DNA of 64,000 bases from Chrysomallon squamiferum (GCA_012295275.1 CM022676.1:18228001-18292000); one strand, 5' to 3'; positions 46,473 to 60,901 are shown, counted from the first letter of the stretch. Notes: generated from the sequence alone by a model not told the origin. Numbers and translations are program-made.

Positions 46473-46968
46473 TATGACGGCTTGAGGCACACTAGAAAAA
46501 TAATCTGTAAGTCAAAAAAAAAAAAAAAAAATTAAAAAACCAAGAAAAAAAAATAAAACCTGTAGCACAAATTGCAAATATAAAATAATATACGATTAAA
46601 CTCAAACTACGTACCTAATCTAATTCAGTAAATGTCATTATTGTCAGTCGATAAATTATATTTATTGCCGAATCCAACACTTAATTATTATAAGTCAAGT
46701 ATTGTTAGAAATTCAGCTACTTTGTAATCTGTTTGTGTACCACATTTTGAGAAGAAAAGATGAACTATTATGTGCTCAGTAAACAAAAGACAAAGCATAA
46801 TCTCTTACATAAAGATTTAAAACGTGTATAAGATCTATTGTGCAGTATCAACTTTAATGTGAAGTCACGTTTTTAATATTTTGTATTTTCTTTGTTTTAA
46901 CATACCAGTTCTCTTCCTCTTCTTTCATTATTTATTTAGTTAGTTAGTTATTCCTATGTTTTTCTGGG

Positions 46969-47020
<52 letters not shown>

Positions 47021-47557
47021 GACTATTGTTTTTCATTCGTACAGTTTAAAAGACATGATACTCGTCAGTTCAGTATTCAAGTTTTAACAAGATTTATTTT
47101 TGCCCGGGTAAAATGTGTTATTTTACACTGTCCATATACAAGCCAGTTGTTGTTTCTGATTAAAATATTGTTACAGACTGTGATTGTGAATTGCCTCCTA
47201 AACCATTGTGAATCAGCCCTTGTTTAAACTGAATTGAACGTGCACAATAAACAAAAGACAAAACATAATCTCTTACATCAAGATTCAAAACACGAGTCTA
47301 AGATCTCTAGTGGGGTATCATGTATTGCTTAAACTAACTCGAGCGTGCACAGCAAAGAAAAGGCGAAATATGATTTGTAACACCGCGATTAAAAACACGT
47401 GTCTACAGACCTCATGAGATGTATCCAGTTTAGTATCTAGTAACGTTTTTGAAATATCAATCATTATGTTTTGTTATTTGTACATATTAATGAGAGAAGA
47501 GGTCAAAGATCATGTTTCGTATCTGATAATATAAAATTTTATACAATGCGTCATTCA

Positions 47558-47611
<54 letters not shown>

Positions 47612-48200
47612 TCAAAAAGCATCAAGCAAGTAGAATACAAATTGGAAATAGAAAATGAAATAGCATAAATTTAAACTACGTAACTAATTTAATCCAGTGA
47701 ATGTTATTATTCTCAATCAATAGAATACATTCATATCCCAATAAAACACGTAATTATTATATATGAACTATTGTTAGAAATACAGCTACTTTGCAATCTG
47801 TTTGTTTGTCTACCACATTTTGAGAAGAAAAGAATGAGTACAACTAGTACCCTGAAAATTATATGTAATTTAGAATGTTACCAATTAAGTTATTTTTGTG
47901 GTTGTTGTAATTGTTGAAACAAAGGCGCTAGTTTTATAATTTGTAACATATAACTAATTAATTTTATAAAATGACTGTCACAGTCTGTAACAATATATTA
48001 ATAACACACAATAAATGGTTTGTATATGGATAATGTAAAATAATATACTTCAACCCGCCAAAAATAAATATTCTTTAAACTTGAATACTGAACTGGCGAG
48101 TATTGTGTCTTTTAAATAGTACAAATGAAAAACCATACACAAATAATAATAATAATAATCAAAATACTTTTCGGTGAATATTACATAAATACTATATAAA
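43390..48200. repeat. Cluster of modular interspersed-repeat copies (further copy at 57240-58700), possibly Helitron/Helentron-derived
   Basis: Module CTCAGTACCGGCCC..GAATCAGTCCCTTG..TCACGTTTTTGAGATATCAGTC at ~43780, 45408, 46127, 47200 and 57485. Module CCCGCCAAAAATAAATC..AAACTTGAATACTGA.CTGGCGAGT at ~44590, 48050, 55200 and 58550, and inverted at ~47030-47180. Confidence 0.8.
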
Positions 48201-48310
48201 CATATCCACTAAACAAGTAATGCAGCAAATAATCCACCAAATAATGATAAGGTAAAGAGGAAGATACAGAACACAGATATATATATAAAACCTAACTAAA
48301 ACAAAAACTT

Positions 48311-50252
48311 ACTTTGCCACTTCCATGTTGTAGTCTATGTTTTGAGTTCTTGGTTTGTGAGGTTTAGTAATTTGTCATCTCCAGTAGTCAGCTTCATCTT
48401 CTGAATGATGCTGTAGAAGTTGTTGATAAGAAAGGTCAAAGTTGTATTAAAAACTGAAAAGAAAGAATGAAAAATATCAACATCTTCCTTGTGATGAAAA
48501 ACATGAGAATTCAGGTACACACTGAGTCTGATTTACAAACACACTTACACCTCAACTTCTTGAAAACTCGACGTTTTCATAATTCAGATATTCTAAAATT
48601 AAACATGACAAATGTTTTAACCCACTGACATTTCAAAATATAATACTCTGAATGTAACCAAAACACTGTTACAACTTCTGTGTGGAATATTCCCTAGTTT
48701 TTATCCCAAAAATATATGTCTGAAAGCGTTAAAGATCAGTCCCAGTGTAAAAGTGTTAAAGAAAGTTATGTTTTCTTTTTATTAAACTTTTCTTTCCTGA
48801 AGTAAGAACTGGCATCTAAGTTAAAAACAATTGAACAATTCTAGAAGTAAATGAGTGTAATGGTGTACTGAGATCACTGACAGTACTCAAAAATTCTAGA
48901 AGTAAACGAGTTTAATGGTGTACTGAGATCACTGACAATACTGAACAATTCTAGAAGTAAATGAGTGTAATGGTCAACAGGAAAATCAAACCAAACATAG
49001 AATACCTGGAAATTTAACCACTCATAAACTTAATAGAAAGAAAAAATAAAATAAAACTAATTCATCAATTTTGTTTATTTTTTCATTATCATTATTAAAT
49101 TTAGATAAATTGTTGCTTAAATATTTAACAAATTGTGTGTCTTGAAATTATAAGCTTGACCAGTCAGAAGTGAGGAATTATATTCAGATTTATCATCTTC
49201 AAATTTAATATTAAATACATACAAGAACAGATTCAGCAAGGTCTTTTATCCTCTACAAATAGCTTTTTGAGATATCATATACATTTCTTACAATTTAGAT
49301 GTGTTATTTAAACTCTACTATTTTATATTCATATTTCTTTCATTATTTTTTACTCAGTCTTCAAAAGAAAAATTAATTTTTAAGAGAGGAAGTTATCATT
49401 ATTTTTATACAAATGTAACTGATGTATTATACTTAGTCAGTGTATCTCTCCAATGGGACTAGGGTCCCCCACTTCAGGTCACAATTGATACATCTTGGTT
49501 TGATTCCAATACAAATATTTCTTATCAGTTTAGTATTTGCTATCTGTTTAGTATTTATTGTCAGTTTAGTATTTGTTGCCCAGATTCAGTAGTGAAAACT
49601 TTATCAGGATGTTTTCTCAAATCAGCTAAAAACTCTGAAAAATTAACAAATATATTACTCATAATCATAACCCTTTACACAAAAACACACATTTATACAT
49701 ATCCATGCAAACACCAACATCCAACACTCCTCAAACACACACATCTATCATCCATACACATACACTTAAACGATTCATTATCAGCATAATTGTTTTCTAA
49801 GTCAGCGATGAAATAACAAGTGTGTGTGTGTGTGTGTGTGCCAAACTCATTCAAATGCATAAGAACAGTTATCATTAAGCTGAATACTACTATTTGGTAA
49901 AACCCCTAAAATTATTTATTGATTAAAATATTATAACAATTTTACATTTTGTTCTATAATAACAACCATAAATAAATGTTAACAATTAAATTCACACCAA
50001 ACAAATAATTTACATAATTAACTGAAAAAAAAAAAAAAACATTTTGAAGGATTTGAAAGTTTAACAGCAAATGAATCAAGAAAAAACAAATCAGGTTTAA
50101 CTTTGGTATATCTAAAAATAGTTGGTGTGATGTTTTAATGACTGGTAATGACTTACAAGATTTATATTTTTGTTTTTCATTTCTACAGCATTGATGAGTC
50201 ATACACATCACACTGTTGACCTCTCATATTGTACAGCCACACTTTGAACATT
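48311..50252 (-). pseudogene. MARS1: Methionyl-tRNA synthetase pseudogene copy 2
   Basis: 48980-50270 is a paralog of 7530-8770 ([35 protein letters not shown]). It also has EYLNYENVEFSRS*GVSVF at ~48592-48540 (degenerate KFSKS/KMSKS motif) and an anticodon-domain exon FLINNFYSIIQKMKLTTGDDKLL at ~48455-48311. Confidence 0.9.
48834..48974. repeat. ~55-bp tandem repeat, ~2.5 copies, truncating a MARS exon
   Basis: AATTCTAGAAGTAAA(T/C)GAGT(G/T)TAATGGT repeated three times. Confidence 0.85.
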
Positions 50253-50604
50253 CTGAAATAATGACACTATGTATGTGTATAGATATAGATATGTATGCGG
50301 TTCTGTATCTATGTGTACATATATATATATTGTGTGTATATATGTCTGTGTCTGTGAATGTGTATATGTGTGTATATATATGTGTGTGTGTATATATAGG
50401 TATGTATATATATATATTTATGTACGCATGCGTCTGTGTGTATGCGGATGTGGGTGTGTATATGTGTTTATGTTAATGTGCAAATGTATCTGTATGTATG
50501 TATTGATGGATGGATGTGTGTTTATATATTTATATATGTGTATGTCTGTGTATGAATGTGTGTGTATGTATCTGTATGTTTGTGTGTCCGTGTATGTATG
50601 TTTC

Positions 50605-50636
<32 letters not shown>

Positions 50637-51028
50637 CACACACACACGTGTATAATGTATGTATATTATATGTGTGTGTGCATGTGTACTTATGTCTGTT
50701 TGTGTGCATATATCTATATCTAAAAATAATGGTAATAATAATCACACATTTTTTTTATTTTCTTTCTTTCTTCAAACAACAGTTCTGCCCATGTGAACAT
50801 TGTGAATATGCACAGTGAAAACTTAGGATATATGAACGTTAACACACGGATTTAAAACACGTGTCTGTAGACCTCCAGTGACGTATCCAGTTTCTTATTT
50901 AGTAAGGTTTTTAAAACATCGTTATTTTTATTATTTATTTATTTATTTATTTATTTATTATTATTATTATTATTATATATTTTTTGCAATCTTCGTTGGT
51001 TCGGTTTTGTTTCTCCGATTGTATTTTT

Positions 51029-51138
<110 letters not shown>

Positions 51139-51616
51139 ATATCACAGACACCGTTTTACACAAACATTCACACACACACAGAAATAAATAAATAAATGTT
51201 TTGATTTAAAAGTCATTTAAATTTAAGTCCTTTTAGAAAATTTTATAAAGTATGTCAGGCAGAATAAAAAGAATAAAATGAAGTAGAATAGTTGAGTACA
51301 CTTGGACCCCCCTCCCAAACAAAACAATAATCTGTATTAGCTGTTAATAAATTTATAATAATAACTGCTTTCTAGTACATTGATATTATACACGTTAGTT
51401 ATATTATACAGACAGACAGAGAGATAGGTGAACATCACGAAAACATGTAAAAGTTTTAGAATATAAATGAAATAATGACAGAATAATTTTATTTTTATCA
51501 TAAATATTTTATTGCAGTTTTGTTTGATTACACTGGGATATGAATAAATATATTTTAAATATTACATCATTCTTTGAAATACACTACTTTACAAAATAAC
51601 AGAATAGTTTAGATGT

Positions 51617-51734
<118 letters not shown>

Positions 51735-52075
51735 AAAACGGGGGGAATATTTTAAAAGTAAATCCGATTTTGTCTGCAAGAAAAATTTAAACTATCAAGT
51801 AATTCATAATAAAATAAATTTGTTTTCTTTCTTTCTTATTACTGTAAGGGAAAAATAAAGTAAATGAATAACTATGCACTAACTAATATATTTTTAAAAA
51901 AAAAGAAAAAAATAAGAAGTAAATAAAGTAAAGAAATTAAGTAAATTTGTTACTTTACAATAAATAAACAACTGATTATCTGTTAATTTATCAGTTCGTG
52001 TAAAGAAAGAAATGTCTGTCGACTTTCAACTTGAAAACAGTTAAAGTGAAACCAACTTAGGAGACAGTTTGAAGT

Positions 52076-54036
52076 TTACTTTCTACACCATGTAAATATT
52101 TTTATTTGTCCGGTGTAAAACTCTCCCACGTACAGTTTGTTGTCATCACAACAGACAGACCAAGGTCTGGACAGTCCATCCTGGCCAGTGAGGATGTCAC
52201 GTGTAATGTTACCATCTCGTGACAACTGAACAACGCAATTTCTAAAACAATCACCAGCAAAAATATTTCCCTCCCTGTCACATGTAACACCTCTCAAGTC
52301 TTTCAGTCTGTCTGAATCACGTGACTCCCATTTGACGTCACCTGATGACGTCACACAAAATAAACTGTTTACATTTTCTCTCCGTGACAGAACAATCAGA
52401 CATTGATCGTGAACTGTGAGACTGTACGGTCCGGGGATCAAATCTGTTGAGATAGAATTAATGAGCTGACCACTCTCTGTCAGTATGTCCACGTACTGAC
52501 CACTAACACACCCAGTGACCGCGAAACGGTTGCCAGGTAACACAGCGATATTCTGATAACTTTTGTCAGTTTCAACTGTTTTGGTCAGTTTCAAGTTTTT
52601 CAAATTTAAAAACAATATTTTAGTTTCATCTGGCACAACAACAACAACAACAACATCACCCCGCAGATCACGTGACTCAGCAAGACCGACTGGTTGAGAG
52701 GAAGTCACGTATTTGTTTATCAGTGATTTTCTTTCTAAACAAAAACATTTTACACACCTATTGTCATAATCACTAAGAACAATTTTACTTTTGTCCTCAC
52801 CTGACACCAGGATGGATTTCACACAAGGACTGAATTTATCTTCTTGTGTTTTTGTGTTAATGGTGTCTGTGTGTTTGAGTGTGTCTGTGTGTTTGTATAT
52901 CTGTGTGTCTGTGTGTTGTGTTTCTGTGTTAGTGGTGTCTGTGTGTTTGAGTGTGTCTGTCTGTCTATCTATCTGTGTGTCTGTGTGTTGTGTTTCTGTG
53001 TTAATGGTGTTTGTGTGTTTGAGTGTGTCTGTCACTCTGTTTATCTGTGTGTCTCTTTGGATGTTTGTTGATATTTTTCCAATGTGCACAGCCATTTGTT
53101 TCCTATCAGATTTTATCAGATTTATTTTGATTTCTGCTTTTTCTATTTGAGGACGAGGTTTGGACAGAAAGTCGAAAGTTGTGGCCTGAAGTGTATAGAA
53201 CTCTGAAAGTTTTTTTTTGATATCTGATTTCTTTTGTAACAAATCTTCCCCCGTTTTTATCATTTTTTTGTGTTCCTCAATTAAATGTTTATGTTCAGTA
53301 AACAATTTTTCTATTTCTGAGTTTACAAAGTTCTGAGATTTTTCTATTTCTCTTATTAACCTGTCTTGTTCTTTGTGGACTGCGGCTGTGAAATCTGTGA
53401 TTAGTGTGTCACCAATCCTTCTGACCTCTTCTGCAGTGTCCACGACGTTGATGTCGATGGCTTGGCGAAGTTGCTCAATCTTATCATCCATCTCATTCTG
53501 AAGAATTTCTTTGTAGGATTTGAGACTCTCACAAACAGAACTCAGAATTGACAAGTGACCTCTCTTTTTAGCTGAAATAAATAAATAAATAAACAAATGA
53601 TTAATATATTAAATAATAATGATGATGATGATGATGATAATAATAATGATGATGATGATAATAATAATGATAATAATAACAATAATAGTAATAGTACAAC
53701 AAGTACCAATAATTTTAATAAAGATATCGGTAACAACTAATTTAAAAATCTGAAAATAATTTTTTTTTATATAAATAAAATATCTTCTATCTCTTTATGA
53801 GTCTGCTGCTATGGTTGAAGCATGAAAAAAATATTTTTAGTTAAATAATAACTGTCTCTTTGTTTAACTTTTTTTTTGTAATGTATCTAAAAACAGCACT
53901 CTGACTCACAAACAATGTGGAATTGATTCACTGGTTTGCTGCTGTTCGGGATGTTGACATTCGGACTGCTGATCGGGCAATCGTCCGAATAAAGAGAGCA
54001 CGACAAATTGTCATCATAGATTGAAGGTGTTGTCAT
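52076..54036 (-). CDS. TRIM-like protein with vestigial RING, coiled coil, Thr/His/Asp repeats and C-terminal NHL-type beta-propeller; coding exons 54036-53910 and 53571-52076 (~540 aa)
   Basis: Exon 54036-53910 reads MTTPSIYDDNLSCSLYSDDCPISSPNVNIPNSSKPVNQFHIV plus 1 nt and ends at a GTGAGT donor. It joins in phase 1 to the TTTCAG acceptor at 53571, which opens the supplied 506-aa ORF. That ORF has a heptad-rich helical region followed by propeller blades (KIVLSDYDNRCVKCF, GVTCDREGNIFAGDCFRNCVVQLSRDG, GLSRPWSVCCDDNKLYVGE). A likely 5'UTR exon donor (AAAG/GTAAG) lies at ~54834. Confidence 0.8.
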
Positions 54037-54041
54037 ATCTG

Positions 54042-54116
<75 letters not shown>

Positions 54117-55798
54117 ATAAATAAATAAATAAATAAAATAAATAAATAAATATTTAGAAATAAAAGAACAGTTGAAAACAATTGACTGCAAGTACAAATT
54201 GCACATAATGCATACGATCAATGGCATATACAAATAAATAAATAAATGAAATGATAAATATATAAATTTGCAAACATATCTGTATCATATTACAAAAATA
54301 CTGTGTAAACCGTTCATTTGTTTATTTATTTATTGTTTTATTTGTAAATTAAAGAACTCTTAAAGTGAATTACGAACTTTCTAACTTTGAAATGAAAAAA
54401 ACTACAAAACAACAACCACAAACTAAATATATGTGTGTGTCCATGAACGTTGCAAGTAAAGTAATGAATTCTGTGTGACGATTATGAAGTCAGGTTTCAA
54501 AAATTTCATAATAAACAAATGACATTGCTATCGAATGAGAACTCAACACATTTGTAATCAGGAGTAAAACTACTTCATTTATAATGTATAATGACTTACA
54601 GATAATGGAAGAAAAGAAGGATAATTACGACAACTAATCGCAGGACACTACTTTACTGTGACCACTGAGCCACAAATTATATACAGAAATGTTATTAAGA
54701 ACAAAACCTAAATTACTAAATTTTATTTTAAAATATCTTACTAGACCAAATAATAATAAAAATAATAATATTAATAATAATAAGAAGAAGAAGAATAATA
54801 AGAATAAATAAATAAATAAATAATTTTTCTTACCTTTGTTTAAGAAACGAAAAGTTTAACACATGCAACAAAATTCTCCTCTTATTCGTCTGCTATGCCA
54901 GTTTTCCTATTACAGTTTTGAGCGCCGAGAAGCGGGTTTTAACAGACGATACTCAGTGAGAGGACGATACCAACTGAAAAACAGAATAGGGGTTGAAGGT
55001 TTGATATTTTCTAGAACACTTTTGTTTCTTGAAGTTTTGAATACTTATAGTAAAGTAAATAGCAGTACAAGTAGCAACTACGTTAACATAATTTGTGTAA
55101 TTCATTAATTTTTAAAATATCGGATACAGTCTATCATACATGAACTATTAGTAGACGCAGCAACTGATTTGTGGAAGGACTGAGAAAGATAAGACATTTA
55201 GTCGCCAAAATCTTATCTTGTTTAAACTTGAATAGTGAACAGGCGGTATCGGGTCTTTTCGTAAGATATATAAATAAACTTTCCGAATGAAAAACAGAAA
55301 TATCTACAAGTTGAATGTATGATTTTAGTCACGTTTACACAATAGTAATAAAATAATAATAATATATATTCCTTTATTATATAGCTTTATTTTATTCTAA
55401 TTAAAATAAACAAATAAATAAACGATTAAATTCACAATATTATATTATATATTTGATTATTTAGCTAAACTAAACAAAGACAACAATTTTCAAGTGTTAG
55501 ATTCAATAAGGGACTGAATATTATGTCAGCACTGTTAATAGCTGAAACAGGCACGCAACACAATTGTTTTCAAAGTATTTTAATTTAACACGTGTTGCAA
55601 TTACCTTATATATTTATTAGAATGGTGTTATCTTTTATTATAATTTTTAATTTCACACACACGCACAAACTGGCAAACACATATACATTGGTTCATAAAC
55701 ATAACGTGAAGTTATATACGAATGCGCGACATTGAAAAATAAAGGTCAAAATGACATAATGAAATCTTAGACTTTCGTTATTGTTTCAGTCATAAATA

Positions 55799-56105
55799 AG
55801 AATAGCGGCTCTGAATAAAAAAAGTCCCAATTTTTTTTCATTCTGTCGTAAAAAAAAAATTCAAGTAATGGCAACCTGTGTTAAAATAAGGTAAGTTTAT
55901 TTTTATAAACTATTAAATAGAACTGACAAAAAACTTAGTCCTCTTCCCTGTAAATTTACTGACAAAGCTGTAGATATAAAAACAATATATGTGTATGTGT
56001 GTGTGTGTTAACAACACGAAACATAGGTATCTAACATATACAGTAAAAATGTTTTTATTATTATTATTATTACTATTATTATTATTATTAGTGTTGTTGT
56101 TGTTG

Positions 56106-56166
<61 letters not shown>

Positions 56167-56232
56167 AAAAGCGGGCTTCACTTTACGACAAAATGAAAAA
56201 ACTTGGACTTTTTTATTCAGAGCCGCTATTCC
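55799..56232. mobile_element. MITE (non-autonomous DNA transposon) with ~52-bp TIRs and TA target duplication
   Basis: AGAATAGCGGCTCTGAATAAAAAAAGTCC..TGTCGTAAA (55799-55852) is the reverse complement of TTTACGACA..GGACTTTTTATTCAGAGCCGCTATTCC (56182-56232). TA flanks both sides. Confidence 0.8.
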
Positions 56233-56921
56233 TAAGTTTGGTTAGGAGATTTACTCTTATTTTATTTGACCTGTCCAGAACAACACATACTACTCCACAA
56301 AACTGTAAATAAAAGTTGCTGAATTTTTGTCTTCTTATTTAACCTGAGTGTTCATCCGTTCCAACCAGAACCGGATGAAGCAAACGCGGGGTCCGTAGCA
56401 AAACATAACATAGGCCCCTATACTGGCTAGTTACAAAAATAAACGTCCCTCCCTCAACCCACGGCCACTATTATCATAGCTTTACACAGAGCATAGATAC
56501 ACCTTCATGTTTGAACAATCAGTCAGATGTATTGTAGAAACAAAAGGAATCGTGTCAACAGTATAGAAAATCGCTATAATATAACTGCGTGTATGCCCCG
56601 AAAACGTGGGTCAAAGTGCACTCCAGTAGTGTGATTCAAGCTCAGATTAAGTTATATATCGCGCCTTCGAGATTTTATATGAGCAAAGTCTTTTATAATG
56701 GAAGTAGTGTCAAAAGTTCTCAACAACTCACATTCGATGCTCATCAACGTCAGCATTTTTAAACGTTTTTCTCCCATTACTAATAACAATTGTTAAAACT
56801 TGAATACTAAAACTTAACATAATAAAAACGAATATCATGTTTTTTAAACTGTAACGAATAAAAACTGTGTAAAATACATATAATAAATCTTGTTTAAATA
56901 ATTGAAATAAAAATAATAATA

Positions 56922-57055
<134 letters not shown>

Positions 57056-57376
57056 GTCTGTAACAATATTTTTAATAAAGACACAACATAGTGCAGGATA
57101 ATAGCAACAAAATGTTTTTGTAAATGTTATTATATATTATTATTATTAAAATTATTATTATTATTTTCTTGAATAAATTTGTTTTCTAGTGAATACTATG
57201 TGTATATATATACAAAAAATAAATATTTATATAAAACCTGCGCAATGAATCAAAAGTTTTAAACAGATAGTGAAAAGAAGATTAAAAAATTCAGTTGTTA
57301 CTTCGACGTTGTTAACTCATCATATGTTTTTGTTTGTTATATATATATATATTCATTTTTTTTAACGTTTTTTTTT

Positions 57377-57481
<105 letters not shown>

Positions 57482-57873
57482 AAATCTCAGTACCGGCCCT
57501 GTCACCCGCCTCCTAGATCATTGTGAATCAGTCCCTTGTTCAAACTAACTTGAACGTGCACAGTAAACAAAAGACAAAACATAATCTCTTACATCAAGAT
57601 TTTAAACACGAGTGTAAGATCTCTATTGAGGTATCATGTATTGATCAAACTAACTCGAGCGTGCACAGCAAAGAAAAGGCTAAATATGATTTGTAAAACC
57701 GCGATTTAAAACACGTGTCTACAGACCTCCTGTGAGGTAGACAGTTTAGTATCTAGTCACGTTTTTGAGATATTAGTCATTCGGTTTTGTTGTTTGTACG
57801 TATTAATGAGAGAGGAGGTCAAAGATCAACCATAATATCTGTGAACAGAAAATTTTATACAATGCGTCATACA

Positions 57874-57915
<42 letters not shown>

Positions 57916-58102
57916 GCGACGACGACAATAAGATTAATAATAACGACAACAACAATAAAGAAACAATAACAATAATAATAACAATAAGAACAGTAAAAGC
58001 AACAACACAAAAACAACTTCTTGAGGCACACCAGAGAAATAATTTGTAAGTTCAAAAAGAAAGAAAAGTTTAAAAAATATTTATCATAAATAAAAGCAAT
58101 CA

Positions 58103-58136
<34 letters not shown>

Positions 58137-58787
58137 AAGAAAACAGGAGTTGGAAATAGCAAATAATATAACATAAAGTCAATCTGTGTTAAAAAAAATC
58201 TAATTCAGTAAATATTATTCATAGTCGATATATAAAATATATTTCCCAATCTAACACTTAATTATTAAGTATTGTTAGAAATACCCCTACTTTGTAATCT
58301 GTTTGCCTACCACATTTGAGAAGAAAAGAATGAGTACAACTAGTATCCTAAAAATTGTATATAATTCAAAACGTTGTCAATTAATTATTTTTTCTTGTTG
58401 TTGTTGTAATTGTTGAAACAAAGGCGTTACATTTAAACTTTGTTACATATAACTAATTAATTTTATAAAATGACTTTCACAGTCTGTAATAATATAATAA
58501 TAACAGACACAACAAGCGGTTTGTAGATGGACACTGCAAAATAATACACTTCACCCCGCCATAAATAAATCTTGTTTAAACTTGAATACTGAACTGGCGA
58601 GTCGGGTCTTTTAAATTGTTCGAATGAAAAACGATACAAATAACAATAATAATAAAAATAATAATAAGTTTTTGTGAATATTATTATGTATGTATGTATG
58701 TAAAACCTGGTATTCAATGTTTTAAATAATAAAATAATATTAAAAGCGAAAAATATATATATATATACTAAATCTGTGTATGAAAAT

Positions 58788-58865
<78 letters not shown>

Positions 58866-58909
58866 CCTCTTTATCTGATCAGTATATGCTGCATTACGTG
58901 TTGGCTGGT

Positions 58910-58960
58910 TTTATTTCGCGGATTTCAGTTGTACGGGTACGTAAATTACGAAGCTTCGAA
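58910..58960 (+). pseudogene. Tiny PHR-domain fragment of a BTB-BACK-PHR paralog
   Basis: TTCGCGGATTTCAGTTGTACGG (RGFQLYG) is identical to 42360-42381. Confidence 0.65.
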
Positions 58961-58964
58961 GTCA

Positions 58965-59155
<191 letters not shown>

Positions 59156-59333
59156 TCAAAATTCCGATCAGAAACTTTCAGATAGCAGAAGTGGTACTGT
59201 TTACTTTCTTGTCAAACTCTTGGATATATTAACTGAAAATATTCATTCAGTAACATCTTAAAATTTATACACTACATCAACACGCCAGCTGTTTATTTAT
59301 TTATTTATTTATTTATCTATTTATTTATTACAG

Positions 59334-59825
59334 TTCCAGCCGCACAAAACTCTGAAGCAAAAGCTACAGATAAGTGATATTATTCTGCCTGTGTCTGTCA
59401 CTGTACATTTATTTATTTATTACAGATAGTGTGGATGAAAGTTATGTTTATTACACACTGGAGATGGAGAAGAGAAAGGTAATTTAATTGTGCTTATTAC
59501 TACTACTGCTACGACTACTACCACCATTACTACTACGACTGGTATTAATACCATTGCTATTGTACCAAAACATTTTCCTTCTTTCTTTCATTCTTATTTT
59601 CTATTTTTCTCTCGTTAGTTATTCATTGATTCATTGCTTCCCGTGCCTGTACAAGAAGAAGAAAAGATGACTGAGTCCCAGTATCAGACTCTTTTCTCCA
59701 AACAACCATCTGTACGTGACCCGAACAAGGGCACACAACTAGACGTCGTCAACGAGTTAAAGGGAGATAATTCTTCAGTGACGACAGAGGTTGAAGTTGT
59801 TGAACCTCATGTGATGAACTTGTAA
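59334..59825 (+). other. Candidate 3' exons of a receptor-like cytoplasmic tail (59334-59369, 59426-59478, 59619-59825)
   Basis: TTACAG/GTTAG acceptors; in-frame DSVDESYVYYTLEMEKRK then LFIDSLLPVPVQEEEKMTESQYQTLFSKQ..NL*; AATAAA ~30 bp downstream. The first donor is non-canonical (ATAAGT). Confidence 0.35.
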
Positions 59826-59881
59826 GAACAAACAGAAAACACCGTCGATAAAACAAATAAAACACAAGACGAAACAGTGAG

Positions 59882-59961
<80 letters not shown>

Positions 59962-60784
59962 CATTATTATTATTACATCCATTGTCAGTATTTTATGTTA
60001 GGTCACATTTGAAGCCAACAACAAGCAAAATAAGGTTTTTGTTAAATTCAGTTTACAATGCCATACGTGGTTTGGAATGGAAGAATTAATTATTTTATTT
60101 ATTTTTAATTTCAGTAATGTTAAGAAATATACTACATTTACTATGAAACGCAGGAGCATTGCCAGTCACTAATTACATATATGGAATGACTTTCAGTTAT
60201 ATTAATGGTAATTAACGAGAGGAAATTCTTCAACTTTCAGGGGAAAAACAAAAATGGAGATCTTTAATTGTTATCCACTGAGGAATTTAGCGGTTCGAAT
60301 CGCTACGAAGAGACGACTGATAAGAAATTAATACTGAAATGCACGACATTCTCATTTTCTCCCGAAATCCCTGAATTACGAACCAACTTCTAAGTTCTAG
60401 AACAAAATTATATACTGTATGAAATTCGTAGAAGAAAGAAAAAGTAATAAAATTTAAAAGATTTTGCGAAATAAAATGACTGATAATGTAAGACATTATT
60501 TATTACTATAGAGTTCACATTTGTTTTACTGAGTAGCTAGAATAACATTGATTAATGGAATGGTGAAAAACTAAATTTATGCAGCTTTGCACAGAATAAG
60601 AATCAAGTGTTAGCAGTTATTATATTGAAATCAATCGTAAAAGTTATATCATTAGCTGCTACATGTGTGTTGTTTAAATTAGTCAGAGAAAGAATCAATA
60701 AAACTGTTGTTGAAAGATTTGTGGCCGTTTGTTGCTAAATGAACCTGTCCTATTAAGAGACAAAGCACTCAAATATCAAATTAG

Positions 60785-60901
<117 letters not shown>

